Source: Trichodesmium erythraeum IMS101 (GTDB lineage Bacteria > Cyanobacteriota > Cyanobacteriia > Cyanobacteriales > Microcoleaceae). Taken from it: DNA of 32,000 nt. The stretch is from positions 3,030,001 through 3,062,000 of the forward strand of contig NC_008312.1 in the NCBI RefSeq assembly GCF_000014265.1, written 5' to 3'. Both the position numbers and the translations under genes were made by a program. Positions 1 through 8,775 of this stretch are shown one piece after another. Below the pieces are notes generated by a model. That model was not told where the DNA came from, did no database searches, and saw only the letters and a list, made by a program, of their open reading frames with translations. How positions within the stretch are numbered: position 1 is the first letter of the stretch; every line of letters begins with the position of its first letter.

Positions 1-161
1 AATTTATTTTTAATGGGCAATAGTAAATTTTTCACAGTTTAAGTAACTGAACAAAATTAATTACACAAATAACTAATAATATATTATTCTATAAACTGAG
101 GGGATTAAGTATACTATAATATGATATTTTTCAGATTCATAAGAAAGATGATTGACGATTT

Positions 162-266
162 AAAATGTTATTGAATCTATTCATTTTCAGCTCTGGATCC
201 TGATGATGATTTCTGAGTCCTAAAAAATTCCCCTTAAAAATGTTATTGAATCTATTCATTTTCAGC
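162..266 (+). repeat. Pair of identical 30-nt direct repeats (aaaatgttattgaatctattcattttcagc) at 162-191 and 237-266, with a 45-nt spacer
   Basis: Read directly. Both copies are identical over 30 nt. No third copy sits at the expected 75-nt period on either side. Confidence 0.9.
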
Positions 267-1243
267 CTAGGTTTTAGTGACTTTAATTAATATCTGGTTC
301 CAACCGGAAATTATTAGAGTCAGTTAATGACTTTTTTGAGTAGTAAAAATTGATTTACTAACCCAATGTGGTTGATGCCAAGTATTCTTTTCTTATGAGG
401 TCAAATTTATCTCCATACCAACCAAGATTTCCTCAATTTTTCCCTGATTTATTTCTCTGATCAATTGATAAAAAAATATCCGATTAATCCTAATTATTGT
501 GAAGTGTAATTAAGTCTTTTTGTTTAACCTTTTTACCAATAAAATATCATCGACTATAAAAACTATTAGCTACTAATATTATAAATTACAATCTTGGGAT
601 CCGATTCTTTATAAGGTTACTGATAGTCATAAAAAAACTCAATACAAATATTTAGGAAAAGCTGATAGTAAAGCTCATATTGATACATTCAAAAAAATGA
701 CTCAAAGAAATCTTATTAATGAATTAGAAAGGGTTGTTCATTCCCTTCAAAAAACCTTATTTGGAGATTTGTTTCCGTATAGAAATTAAACTATGCCCAT
801 TGTGAAGCTCTTCAATATTCTCAAAAAGATAAAAAATCAAATCATTTTTGGTTTGATTTTGCCTCTAAACTCTTTGAAAAAAAACTCGCAAAAAGAATCC
901 CACTAAAAATGATGAATTAGTAAAAGCAAAAAAAGTTAAAGAGGATAAATCAGCAAAATTGCAAACATAAATAGAACCCATAAGGCAAGTAGTATTTATA
1001 ATTTACAAAGATCATTATGCTATGGCGATATCTTGATCGGTTATGCTTGGGGAAGAACAGATAAAATAACAGAAATTTCGCTTCACTAATAAAAAATTAA
1101 GGCTTACTTATTCTGGCATCTTAGACTATCAAAGCAAAGAATTTATTATTCAATAAAAAAGGTGGAAATACTGAAAATATCATGAAAAATATTTAAGTAT
1201 TTACAGCAGCAAAGGTAGGGAAAAAGATCAGTAATATTTAGGG

Positions 1244-1435
1244 ATAGAGCCACTGATAATAATTTGAGATAATTTCAAAAATATTTAATAACAAAAAATA
1301 GCTAAAAAAATCGAAGAATAATGGTTAATAAATTGTACAAAATTTGCTCTTAATGTCGCGGAGCAAAATAGAGCCACTGATCATAACTTGAGATAATTTC
1401 AAAAATATTTAATAACAAAAAATAGCTGAAAAATC
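1244..1435 (+). repeat. Two copies of a ~68-nt direct repeat (atagagccactgat..ttgagataatttcaaaaatatttaataacaaaaaatagct) at 1244-1311 and 1368-1435, period 124 nt
   Basis: Read directly. There are a few mismatches (ataataatt vs atcataact; gctaaaaaaatc vs gctgaaaaatc). Confidence 0.85.
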
Positions 1436-1976
1436 TATTGAATATATTTGCTGACAAGCCCAAAATTTTATAAGAGAATTTGATGATCTTTGCAATTATT
1501 TGAAAATGGTTAAGTGACTATTTAAGTTTTTTCCCTATAGTCAAATATTCGACTTTCCCAAACTTTTTCAGTATATAATTTTGCCGCAACCAATGCGCAG
1601 AATACTATATCATGGCTAACTTTTTCTAGGTGGTTAGCTAAATTAGTTAAAGTATAGTCTTTGTGAGAATTGATTAAGTACTGGTATAAAATAAATATAA
1701 TTAAAATTAATATTTTTTTTAAAATTAGTAACAATTTAATTGCCTAATAATTAATTATAGCAATCGAAAAAAAGCTTAGGACTCTGAACTATTCCTGATC
1801 TGCTCATGTAACCGAAATTAATATCTTAACCTATGCTTCGACTGCTATATCTTATAATTGAGATTTTTTAGGAATTAATTTTATACTTTTTTATAAATAT
1901 CTCTAATAATGAGTAAACAACATATAGGGTACTTGAATAACTCCTAATTATATTATTTGAGTGATCTCAATTTTTT

Positions 1977-3209
1977 TTAATTCAAAGATTCTAAATAATC
2001 CTGTATTTGATTACGAAACTTTGGTTGACGCAACTTATGTAGAGCCTTGACTTCAATTTGACGTACTCGTTCCCGAGAGAGTTTCAATGCAGACGCAATT
2101 TCTGATAAGGAGCAGGCACGACCATCTTCTAAGCCATAACGCATAGTAATTACATACCTTTCTCGTTGAGTTAAATCTAATAGTAACTCTTTTAAAGCTT
2201 GTACCAGAGACTCTCGTATTAACATTTCTTCTGGAGAAGCATCTTTAGTTTCCAGAAGTTCCCCTAATTCAGTATCTCTATCCCTACCGACCTTAGTTTC
2301 TAAGGAAACCGAGTGTGGAATTTTTACTAACACTTCTCGAACTTGGGCAGCTGTAATTTTTAATTCTCGGGCAATTTCTTCAACTTTAGCCGTATATCCT
2401 TTTTCTTGAAAAATTTTTTGTTGTACTTTTTTGATTTTATTTAATTTTTCGCTAACATGGATAGGTAAACGAATTGTTCGACTTTGAGTAGCAATTGCTC
2501 TTGTAATTCCTTGACGAATCCACCAGTAAGCATAAGTGCTAAATCTATATCCCCGTTGTGGATCAAATTTTTCAACAGCTCTTTCTAAACCCAAAGTACC
2601 TTCTTGGATTAAATCTAAAAGTTCTACACCACGATTTTGATACTTTTTTGCTATTGAGACTACTAAGCGCAAGTTAGTACTTATCATCTGATGTCTCGCT
2701 TCAATGCCTTCGGTTTGAATTTGCTCAAGTTCCTTTACATTTAAACCTGTTAACTTTGCCCAGCGAAGTTTTCCTACAGCAATGATCTCTTTCAGTTCTG
2801 CCATAGATAAATTTCCTGCCTTTAGCCACCGCTCAAATGATGGTTTATGTCCTAAACGAGCTGCCAGACGATCACGAATCTTGATCATCTCAACATAACG
2901 CTGAATTTCTTGTTCTTGTTCAGCGGCTTTGTTGCGTAACTCCAATAAATGTACATAACGTTGAACTTTTTGAGCTGTAGAAACTTCTTGATCTCTTTGA
3001 AGCAAATCAACTCGCCCAATTTCTTGGAGGTATGAACGGACTGAATCTCTGCCACTATAGTTAGTGTTTATTTGAGAACTATCTACTTTTTTATCCTCTA
3101 TTGTTAATTCATTGATAGTTTGACCTAGATGTTCAGAACACTCATTCTGCAAGTTATTAGATTGCAGTGTGTCTTCAGTGTAAGGATAAATTTCTGAGGT
3201 AGTGATCAT
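1977..3209 (-). CDS. RNA polymerase sigma factor, sigma-70 family, group 2-like (410 aa)
   Basis: Region 2 is present (DLIQEGTLGLERAVEKFDPQRGYRFSTYAYWWIRQGITRAI). Region 3 and region 4.2 HTH are present (SLSEIASALKLSRERVRQIEVKALHKLR). AGGAG lies 8 nt upstream of the ATG at 3209. Confidence 0.9.
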   Translation of the reverse strand: MITTSEIYPYTEDTLQSNNLQNECSEHLGQTINELTIEDKKVDSSQINTNYSGRDSVRSYLQEIGRVDLLQRDQEVSTAQKVQRYVHLLELRNKAAEQEQEIQRYVEMIKIRDRLAARLGHKPSFERWLKAGNLSMAELKEIIAVGKLRWAKLTGLNVKELEQIQTEGIEARHQMISTNLRLVVSIAKKYQNRGVELLDLIQEGTLGLERAVEKFDPQRGYRFSTYAYWWIRQGITRAIATQSRTIRLPIHVSEKLNKIKKVQQKIFQEKGYTAKVEEIARELKITAAQVREVLVKIPHSVSLETKVGRDRDTELGELLETKDASPEEMLIRESLVQALKELLLDLTQRERYVITMRYGLEDGRACSLSEIASALKLSRERVRQIEVKALHKLRQPKFRNQIQDYLESLN

Positions 3210-3920
3210 CTCGTTTACTCCTGAAAAGAGGCTACACTTAGTTATGGTCTATTAATAAAATGCCTAATTTATAAAAAGTTGGCGTTTTTTATACTTATGT
3301 TTTCTGATTAATAACAACAACCTAGACTAAATGGACTTAGGGGATCGCTTATACTAAGTTTATTAACTCTATAGCAATAGCAGTTCCCAATTAAATGAGG
3401 AACACTAAAAGCTTTAATTAATAAAATTTTTAGCTTTAAATAGTTACCTCACTCTTTAGGGAAAGACTGTCGACTATTAAAGTACATTTGTCTATTATTT
3501 GTTCTCTCCAGTTAACTTCTTTAGACCTAATCGTTAGTATATTAATATTTATGCAATAAAAAAGTGACCTTCATCAGAAGCTATATTAATACTCATCACT
3601 ATTAGAGTTGTTCCCGATCACTTCATAAATTTTTTTATTATGGCAGTTAAATTTTTTCTTTTCAGTATTTTTATATTTTTGTAGTTTTAATTTTTCAGAA
3701 ATATTTCTCTTATATTTTATTTAGTGATTTATATGTAGTATATTTAATATATTTACCTATCTATTTTCAGGTATCAAGTTACTCAGAATACAATAATCAT
3801 CTCTCAACATCACACTTTACCAGTAACTAGATATACCACCATGAGTGATGGATTATATACCTACTAAGCTACTATCCTTTTCGCAGATTTCATAAAAAGG
3901 TAAAAATTAGAAGTAAATTG

Positions 3921-4799
3921 CTAACTTTTGGTCTTTGGATAATTTACCATCAATTCTTTTACCTCTTCAGCATGATATGAGCTACGAGTCAAGGGCGAAG
4001 CCACAACTTGTAAAAATCCCATTGAAAGCCCTATTTTTTTCCATTGATCAAATTGTTCAGGTTTGATGAAAGTATCTACTGGTAGATGTTTAAGACTTGG
4101 TTGTAGGTATTGTCCAATAGTTAAAATATCACAGTCAACAACTCGTAAGTCCTTCATTACCTCTTGGACTTCTGCGTCAGTTTCTCCGACACCTACCATA
4201 ATTCCAGATTTTGTATATATTTCTGGGGCTAATTCTCGAGCTCGCTTCAACAGTTCTAATGTTCGATGATAATTACCTTGAGGCCTAACTCGGCGATATA
4301 ACCGTTGAACAGTCTCAGTATTATGATTAATAACTTCTGGTTTAGCATTAAGAATAATTTCTAAAGCTTGCCAATTACCACATAAATCTGGTATCAGGAC
4401 TTCTATAGTAGTCTGAGGTGAAATTGCCCGGACTTGAGAAATACATTTAGCAAACTGAGTAGCACCTCCATCAGTTAAATCATCCCTATTGACAGAAGTA
4501 ATAACTACATGATTAAGTCTTAATCTTTTTACTGCTTCTGCTAGCTGTTTTGGTTCATTAACATCTAAAGGCTGAGGTTTTTTCTCAAAATTAATATCAC
4601 AGTAAGGACAAGCACGAGTACAAGCTGGTCCCATAATTAAAAAAGTTGCTGTCCCAGCATTAAAACATTCACCAATGTTTGGACAGGAAGCTTCTTCACA
4701 GACCGTTTTGAGACTTAAGTCTCGCAAAATTTCTTTAACCGTACCGACTCTCTGCCATTGGGGAGCTTTGACTCTTAACCAATCTGGTTTTACTACCAC
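3921..4799 (-). CDS. lipA: Lipoyl synthase (radical SAM)
   Basis: Contains the N-terminal auxiliary cluster motif [12 protein letters not shown] and the radical-SAM motif CTRACPYC. The 292-aa length is typical. GTG start with GAGGA upstream. Confidence 0.92.
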   Translation of the reverse strand: MVVKPDWLRVKAPQWQRVGTVKEILRDLSLKTVCEEASCPNIGECFNAGTATFLIMGPACTRACPYCDINFEKKPQPLDVNEPKQLAEAVKRLRLNHVVITSVNRDDLTDGGATQFAKCISQVRAISPQTTIEVLIPDLCGNWQALEIILNAKPEVINHNTETVQRLYRRVRPQGNYHRTLELLKRARELAPEIYTKSGIMVGVGETDAEVQEVMKDLRVVDCDILTIGQYLQPSLKHLPVDTFIKPEQFDQWKKIGLSMGFLQVVASPLTRSSYHAEEVKELMVNYPKTKS

Positions 4800-5629
4800 T
4801 TTTTCCTCTGCTGTAGTTTTATCTACACATTAACCTTAACAAATATATCACCCTACTAACAAGGGTTTTGAGTAAATTTATTTAGATAGTAGAGCTATAT
4901 AGAAATAATTTGAGACTTTACCTTGATGATAATGAGCGAGGAGTAGATTTAGGAGTAGAAACTAAGCAGTAGTAGAAACATACCTACCCAATATGAATAC
5001 TCATATCTTGTCACTCTCTTTGAAGTTATCAATTTACTGTTTTGCATTACGCCAGAAACATTTAGTTGCTCCAAGCAAAACCCTTTAGTAAGGAATTACT
5101 TAAAGACACTAACTATATAGTGCAGACTTCAGTTTACTTTTGTTTTATTGCTCTTCCGTTGCGAAGAGCGATCGCTTGACTATTCATTAAAAAAGCTTCA
5201 GTTATTAGAGTCGGATAAATTTGACTTTAACTGCAGTATCTTTCAATTCTAATGTCAGATAATCTGATCACAATTCCTGATTTACTTGAGCATTGAAATC
5301 CTTCTAACATGAAATCAAAAATTATGAAAGACAGATTTCCATCTCTTCAAACAACCTAAATTTTCAGACTCAAAGCTGGTTGATACATGATTTGAATTAG
5401 CGCTATGGGCAAAGCGCGACTTACGTTTTCCAAGCTATTCGTTTTGAAGTATCGGTTTGGCCATCCGCGACTAAGTCAGAAAGTGTTAGTTGAATTAGAA
5501 TTTCTAGTATTTTTTCTTTGACTTTTTCAACTACTAGGAAACCCCTGATCATTAAAATTTAACTTTTCTTCCTAAATTCGGACATTTTATCACTCCTTAT
5601 AGCAAGTAATTATCAATAAATTACTTTTT

Positions 5630-5664
5630 TTGACAATCATTTAGTAATTGTGTATCATTGTCAA
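5630..5664 (+). promoter_or_regulatory. Candidate fur promoter (TTGACA-N17-TATCAT) overlapped by the inverted repeat TTGACAAT(5630-5637)/ATTGTCAA(5657-5664)
   Basis: The -35 hexamer at 5630-5635 and -10 hexamer at 5653-5658 have an exact 17-nt spacer. They lie 33 nt upstream of the GTG at 5691. The 8-bp perfect inverted repeat arms bracket the core promoter and the region is AT-rich and Fur-box-like (ACAATCATT / ATCATTGT). Confidence 0.4.
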
Positions 5665-5690
5665 TAACTATAGATTTTTGATAAAATACC

Positions 5691-6203
5691 GTGGCTCTTT
5701 ACACACCATCTTCATTTAAAGCAGAACTAAATGAAAAAGGTTGGCGAATGACTCCTCAAAGGGAGACAATTTTGCACATTTTTCAAAACCTGCCAAAAGG
5801 CAATCATCTGAGTGCCGAAGATCTTTATAACATGTTAAAAAATAGGGGTGAAAGAATTAGTCTATCCACCATTTACAGAACCTTAAAATTAATGGCAAGG
5901 ATGGGAATTCTACGAGAACTAGAATTAGCAGAAGGGCATAAACATTATGAAATAAATCAACCTTACCCTCATCATCACCATCATCTTGTTTGTGTACAAT
6001 GTAATAAAACTATTGAATTTAAGAATGATTCTATTTTAAAAATAGGTCTCAAACAAGCCGAAAAATCAGGATTACATCTTTTAGATTGTCAGTTAACTAT
6101 TCATACAATTTGCTATGAAGCCCTAAGAAAGGGATGGCCTTCCCTAGTTTCTTCTGATTGCTATTGCCCACGAGCACTTGCAGATAAAGAAAACTGTGAA
6201 TAG
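5691..6203 (+). CDS. fur: Fur-family transcriptional regulator, FurA type (170 aa)
   Basis: Has an N-terminal winged-helix (RMTPQRETILHIF..LSAEDLY..ISLSTIYRTLKLMARMGILRELE). Has the metal-site motif HKHYE..HHHHHLVCVQC. From memory the pattern matches cyanobacterial FurA. GTG start. Confidence 0.9.
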   Translation: MALYTPSSFKAELNEKGWRMTPQRETILHIFQNLPKGNHLSAEDLYNMLKNRGERISLSTIYRTLKLMARMGILRELELAEGHKHYEINQPYPHHHHHLVCVQCNKTIEFKNDSILKIGLKQAEKSGLHLLDCQLTIHTICYEALRKGWPSLVSSDCYCPRALADKENCE

Positions 6204-6229
6204 ATAAAATTTTATGAATAAAAAATAAT

Positions 6230-6250
6230 CCCACTTTATCTAAAAGTGGG
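6230..6250. terminator. Hairpin CCCACTTT-atcta-AAAGTGGG between the convergent fur and PG-binding genes
   Basis: 8-bp perfect stem with a 5-nt loop. On the minus strand it is followed by ATTATTTTTTATT (T-run). On the plus strand it is preceded by an A-run. It sits 26 nt after the fur stop and ~110 nt after the minus-strand gene stop. Confidence 0.5.
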
Positions 6251-6359
6251 GTCACTTCAATTATCAATTATCAGCATATCCCACTGAATCCAAAATTTTT
6301 TATCCCCTAAAAAAGACAGGTTATTGACCTAATTTTTGTATCTATCTAAATTAGAGAAA

Positions 6360-7823
6360 TTAGTCTACAATATCTTTCCCACTAACTCCATAAATTAGTT
6401 GAGCTTCTGCTACTGCTGATCTAGTTTGTGAATTATAAACTCCATTCAATGGACCAGTATAAAGGCCTTGTAAACGAAGTCGATTTTGAAGTTCTAATAC
6501 TTGTGTTTGGTTACCAATATCACTAAATTGCTCCTCAGAAATATTTTGGTTGATAATCAAAGGATGTCTTAAGGCCTGTAATGTATCTATTGTTGCTACT
6601 CCAGTATCAACTAGTCCCAAATCCTGCTGAAAGCTTCTGACAGCAAATTCTGTTCTAAGTCCAAAAAAACCATCAATCACTCCAGAATAATAACCCAATC
6701 TTGTTAATAAAATTTGGAGTTGTTCAACAGCCCAACCTTCATTGCCCGGTTTCAGTAAACCTTGGTATGAGTAATGTTTCCTAGCATAATTCCCTCTAGA
6801 GTAAGATACTGGACCTGGAGGTAGAACTTGATCAGCATCAAAAAGAAATGCTTTAGTTGTTTGTCCAACTATACCTGTAGGAGTAATTCTGTTTCTTTTT
6901 TGAAAATCAATGACTGCCGTTTCTGTACTTAGATCAAAATAGTTAGTTATCTGCCTCTGATAATAACCTAAACTTCGTAAACGTTGCTGTAATCTCCTCA
7001 CATCTAGACCTGTGTTTCCCAGCCTCAAAACTCTCTCCACAGGAATAGTTCTGGTCTCAAACAAAAATTCCCTAGTGGTGTATCCTACCTGACCAGTAGG
7101 TGTAATTCCATAAACATTTTGAAATTGGATCACCGCAGTTCTAGTTTTTTGGTCATAAATACTATTGATTTGACCTTTGTAAAAGCCTAGTTCTGCTAAT
7201 TGTCTTTGAATAATTGCTACTTGAGGATTAACTTCTCCAAAAGATAATACTTTTGTGGAAGAATTGAAGAACCGACTATTAGTTTGGCTATTTTTTCTAT
7301 CTGGAAATAGTAATAACCAGGTAGTAGGTTCAATTTCACCAGTAGGTTTAAGACCCTTTTCTTGCTGGAACTGTTTGACAGCTATTTCTGTTTCTTGACC
7401 ATAATACCCAGTTAGATTAGCAGTAAAATAGCCTAGTTCTCTAAGTTCTCTTTGAACTTCTGCTACTATCTCTGAAAAGTCTCCACATCTTAAATACACT
7501 TGGCTATTGGGAGTAGGAATTACAGCATTATTATCTAGTCTGGAACTAGACACAAAAGAGTTAGGTGCTACTTGTTCTTGAGCTGTTTTATTATTTTGAG
7601 TTCTACTAATATTAAAATCACTATAACTATTTGTTTTAGGAATAGAAATGTCTGACACCTGAGCCAAACTATCATTAATTAGAATAGAGTTAACAATTAC
7701 TGCTGATAAAAAGTTGATGTAAGTTAAATTGAGAAGTTTTTTCCAGTTAAGTTTTTCAATAAATTTTAAATCCTTGATTTCTTTATTAACTAGAAAAAGT
7801 TCTATGTATGCAAGGGATTCCAT
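6360..7823 (-). CDS. Peptidoglycan-binding-domain repeat protein with N-terminal hydrophobic anchor (487 aa)
   Basis: Contains five to six copies of the PG_binding_1-like pattern, for example LQ.RLRSLGYYQRQITNYFDLSTETAVIDFQKRNRITPTGIVG and LQILLTRLGYYSGVIDGFFGLRTEFAVRSFQQDLGLVDTG. N-terminal hydrophobic segment LTYINFLSAVIVNSILI. Confidence 0.85.
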   Translation of the reverse strand: MESLAYIELFLVNKEIKDLKFIEKLNWKKLLNLTYINFLSAVIVNSILINDSLAQVSDISIPKTNSYSDFNISRTQNNKTAQEQVAPNSFVSSSRLDNNAVIPTPNSQVYLRCGDFSEIVAEVQRELRELGYFTANLTGYYGQETEIAVKQFQQEKGLKPTGEIEPTTWLLLFPDRKNSQTNSRFFNSSTKVLSFGEVNPQVAIIQRQLAELGFYKGQINSIYDQKTRTAVIQFQNVYGITPTGQVGYTTREFLFETRTIPVERVLRLGNTGLDVRRLQQRLRSLGYYQRQITNYFDLSTETAVIDFQKRNRITPTGIVGQTTKAFLFDADQVLPPGPVSYSRGNYARKHYSYQGLLKPGNEGWAVEQLQILLTRLGYYSGVIDGFFGLRTEFAVRSFQQDLGLVDTGVATIDTLQALRHPLIINQNISEEQFSDIGNQTQVLELQNRLRLQGLYTGPLNGVYNSQTRSAVAEAQLIYGVSGKDIVD

Positions 7824-7957
7824 AAATTCTTCTGGGAGATTTTTGTTTTGAGATTAACAAGGGATATGTAATCATTCAGGGAACAGCTATCAGTTATTAA
7901 CTCATCATCATCAAATAAAGTATAAATTAGTGACCAAAGGAGTATTTTGGAGCTATG

Positions 7958-8293
7958 AGAGCTGATTTATAAAGTAAATATTAAACGGTTAAATTATTTA
8001 CTATACTTAGACTTGGTGATAAGTTTAATTCTATAATACCCCAAATTATTAAAAGCTAGGTAATATAATATTTTAAGCTAAGTTAATAAATCAGCTCTGG
8101 ATGAAATTGGTCATCACCTCATCTTAGAGCTGATTTATACGGTAAACCTCAAGAAGGTGAATTCCTTAAAAAAAATGCTTAAGTTTTAGCAGTTATTGAC
8201 CAGTAATTCCAACTTACGAAAAGCTAGGTAATATAAAACTCTCAACTAAGTTTAAAAAACAGCTTTCAGTCCTTGCTTGAATATAAGTAGGTA
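7958..8293 (+). repeat. Degenerate 168-bp tandem duplication
   Basis: The block agagctgatttata is shared at 7958 and 8126. The block aaaagctaggtaatataa is shared at 8051 and 8219. Both pairs have a period of exactly 168 nt. The sequence between the blocks has diverged. Confidence 0.5.
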
Positions 8294-8598
8294 GGCATAA
8301 AAAAACTGAGCTGTATTAAGATTTATATACTGACTTCAATCTCATCTACAGAGTTGATTTAAGGTGAATGTAAATTTTGTTACATAGCAACTAATTTAAA
8401 CACCGACTTATTTATTCAAAACCTAAAAGCTGAATGGGAATCAGATGAATGCTTATAAGCTAAATTGGATTAAAGTAATTAAATTTTTCTTATAATTAAT
8501 TTTGTATAACTACAGTAAGTATACCTATAATTGTTTTAGGATTGAAAAATCACCAAAAGTTAAGAAATATTATTATCCTTAAATTACACTTCCTTTAC

Positions 8599-8775
8599 TC
8601 AAACTAAACCAGCGCGATCACAAATTAAAACTACGATAGCAGCAAAAATAGTAATTCCCAGAGCAGTTAAGGGATTTTGGCCTTGACTAATAGCAAAAGA
8701 AGTAACGACACCAGCTCCTAAACCAGCAGTAATAGCTACAACTAATGGGTCACGGTTTGAATGATTATTATACAT
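8599..8775 (-). CDS. Small hydrophobic protein, 58 aa, two predicted TM helices (below ORF-track cutoff)
   Basis: Hand translation gives MYNNHSNRDPLVVAITAGLGAGVVTSFAISQGQNPLTALGITIFAAIVVLICDRAGLV*. It is a GC-richer island in an AT-rich spacer. The G/A-rich helices do not look like AT-driven noise. Confidence 0.5.
   Translation of the reverse strand: MYNNHSNRDPLVVAITAGLGAGVVTSFAISQGQNPLTALGITIFAAIVVLICDRAGLV

Noticed and set aside
162-266. Possible mini-CRISPR array (30-nt repeat, 45-nt spacer)
   Set aside because: Only two repeat copies are present and no third lies at the 75-nt period on either side. The repeat is AT-rich without the typical terminal motifs. No cas genes are in the window.
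1215-1256. Cobalamin-riboswitch-like motifs (AGGGAA ... GCCACTG)
   Set aside because: The two motifs are only ~30 nt apart. The GGTG..AA.TCC and CCCGC elements are missing. The second repeat copy (1371-1380) keeps GCCACTG but lacks AGGGAA. No downstream gene is present.
1522-1734. 70-aa ORF on the minus strand
   Set aside because: The composition is extremely I/L/K/F/Y-rich, as expected from AT-rich noise. I see no motif and no SD.
4063-4269. 68-aa ORF on the plus strand
   Set aside because: It lies entirely antisense within the well-supported lipA CDS. It is a typical shadow ORF.
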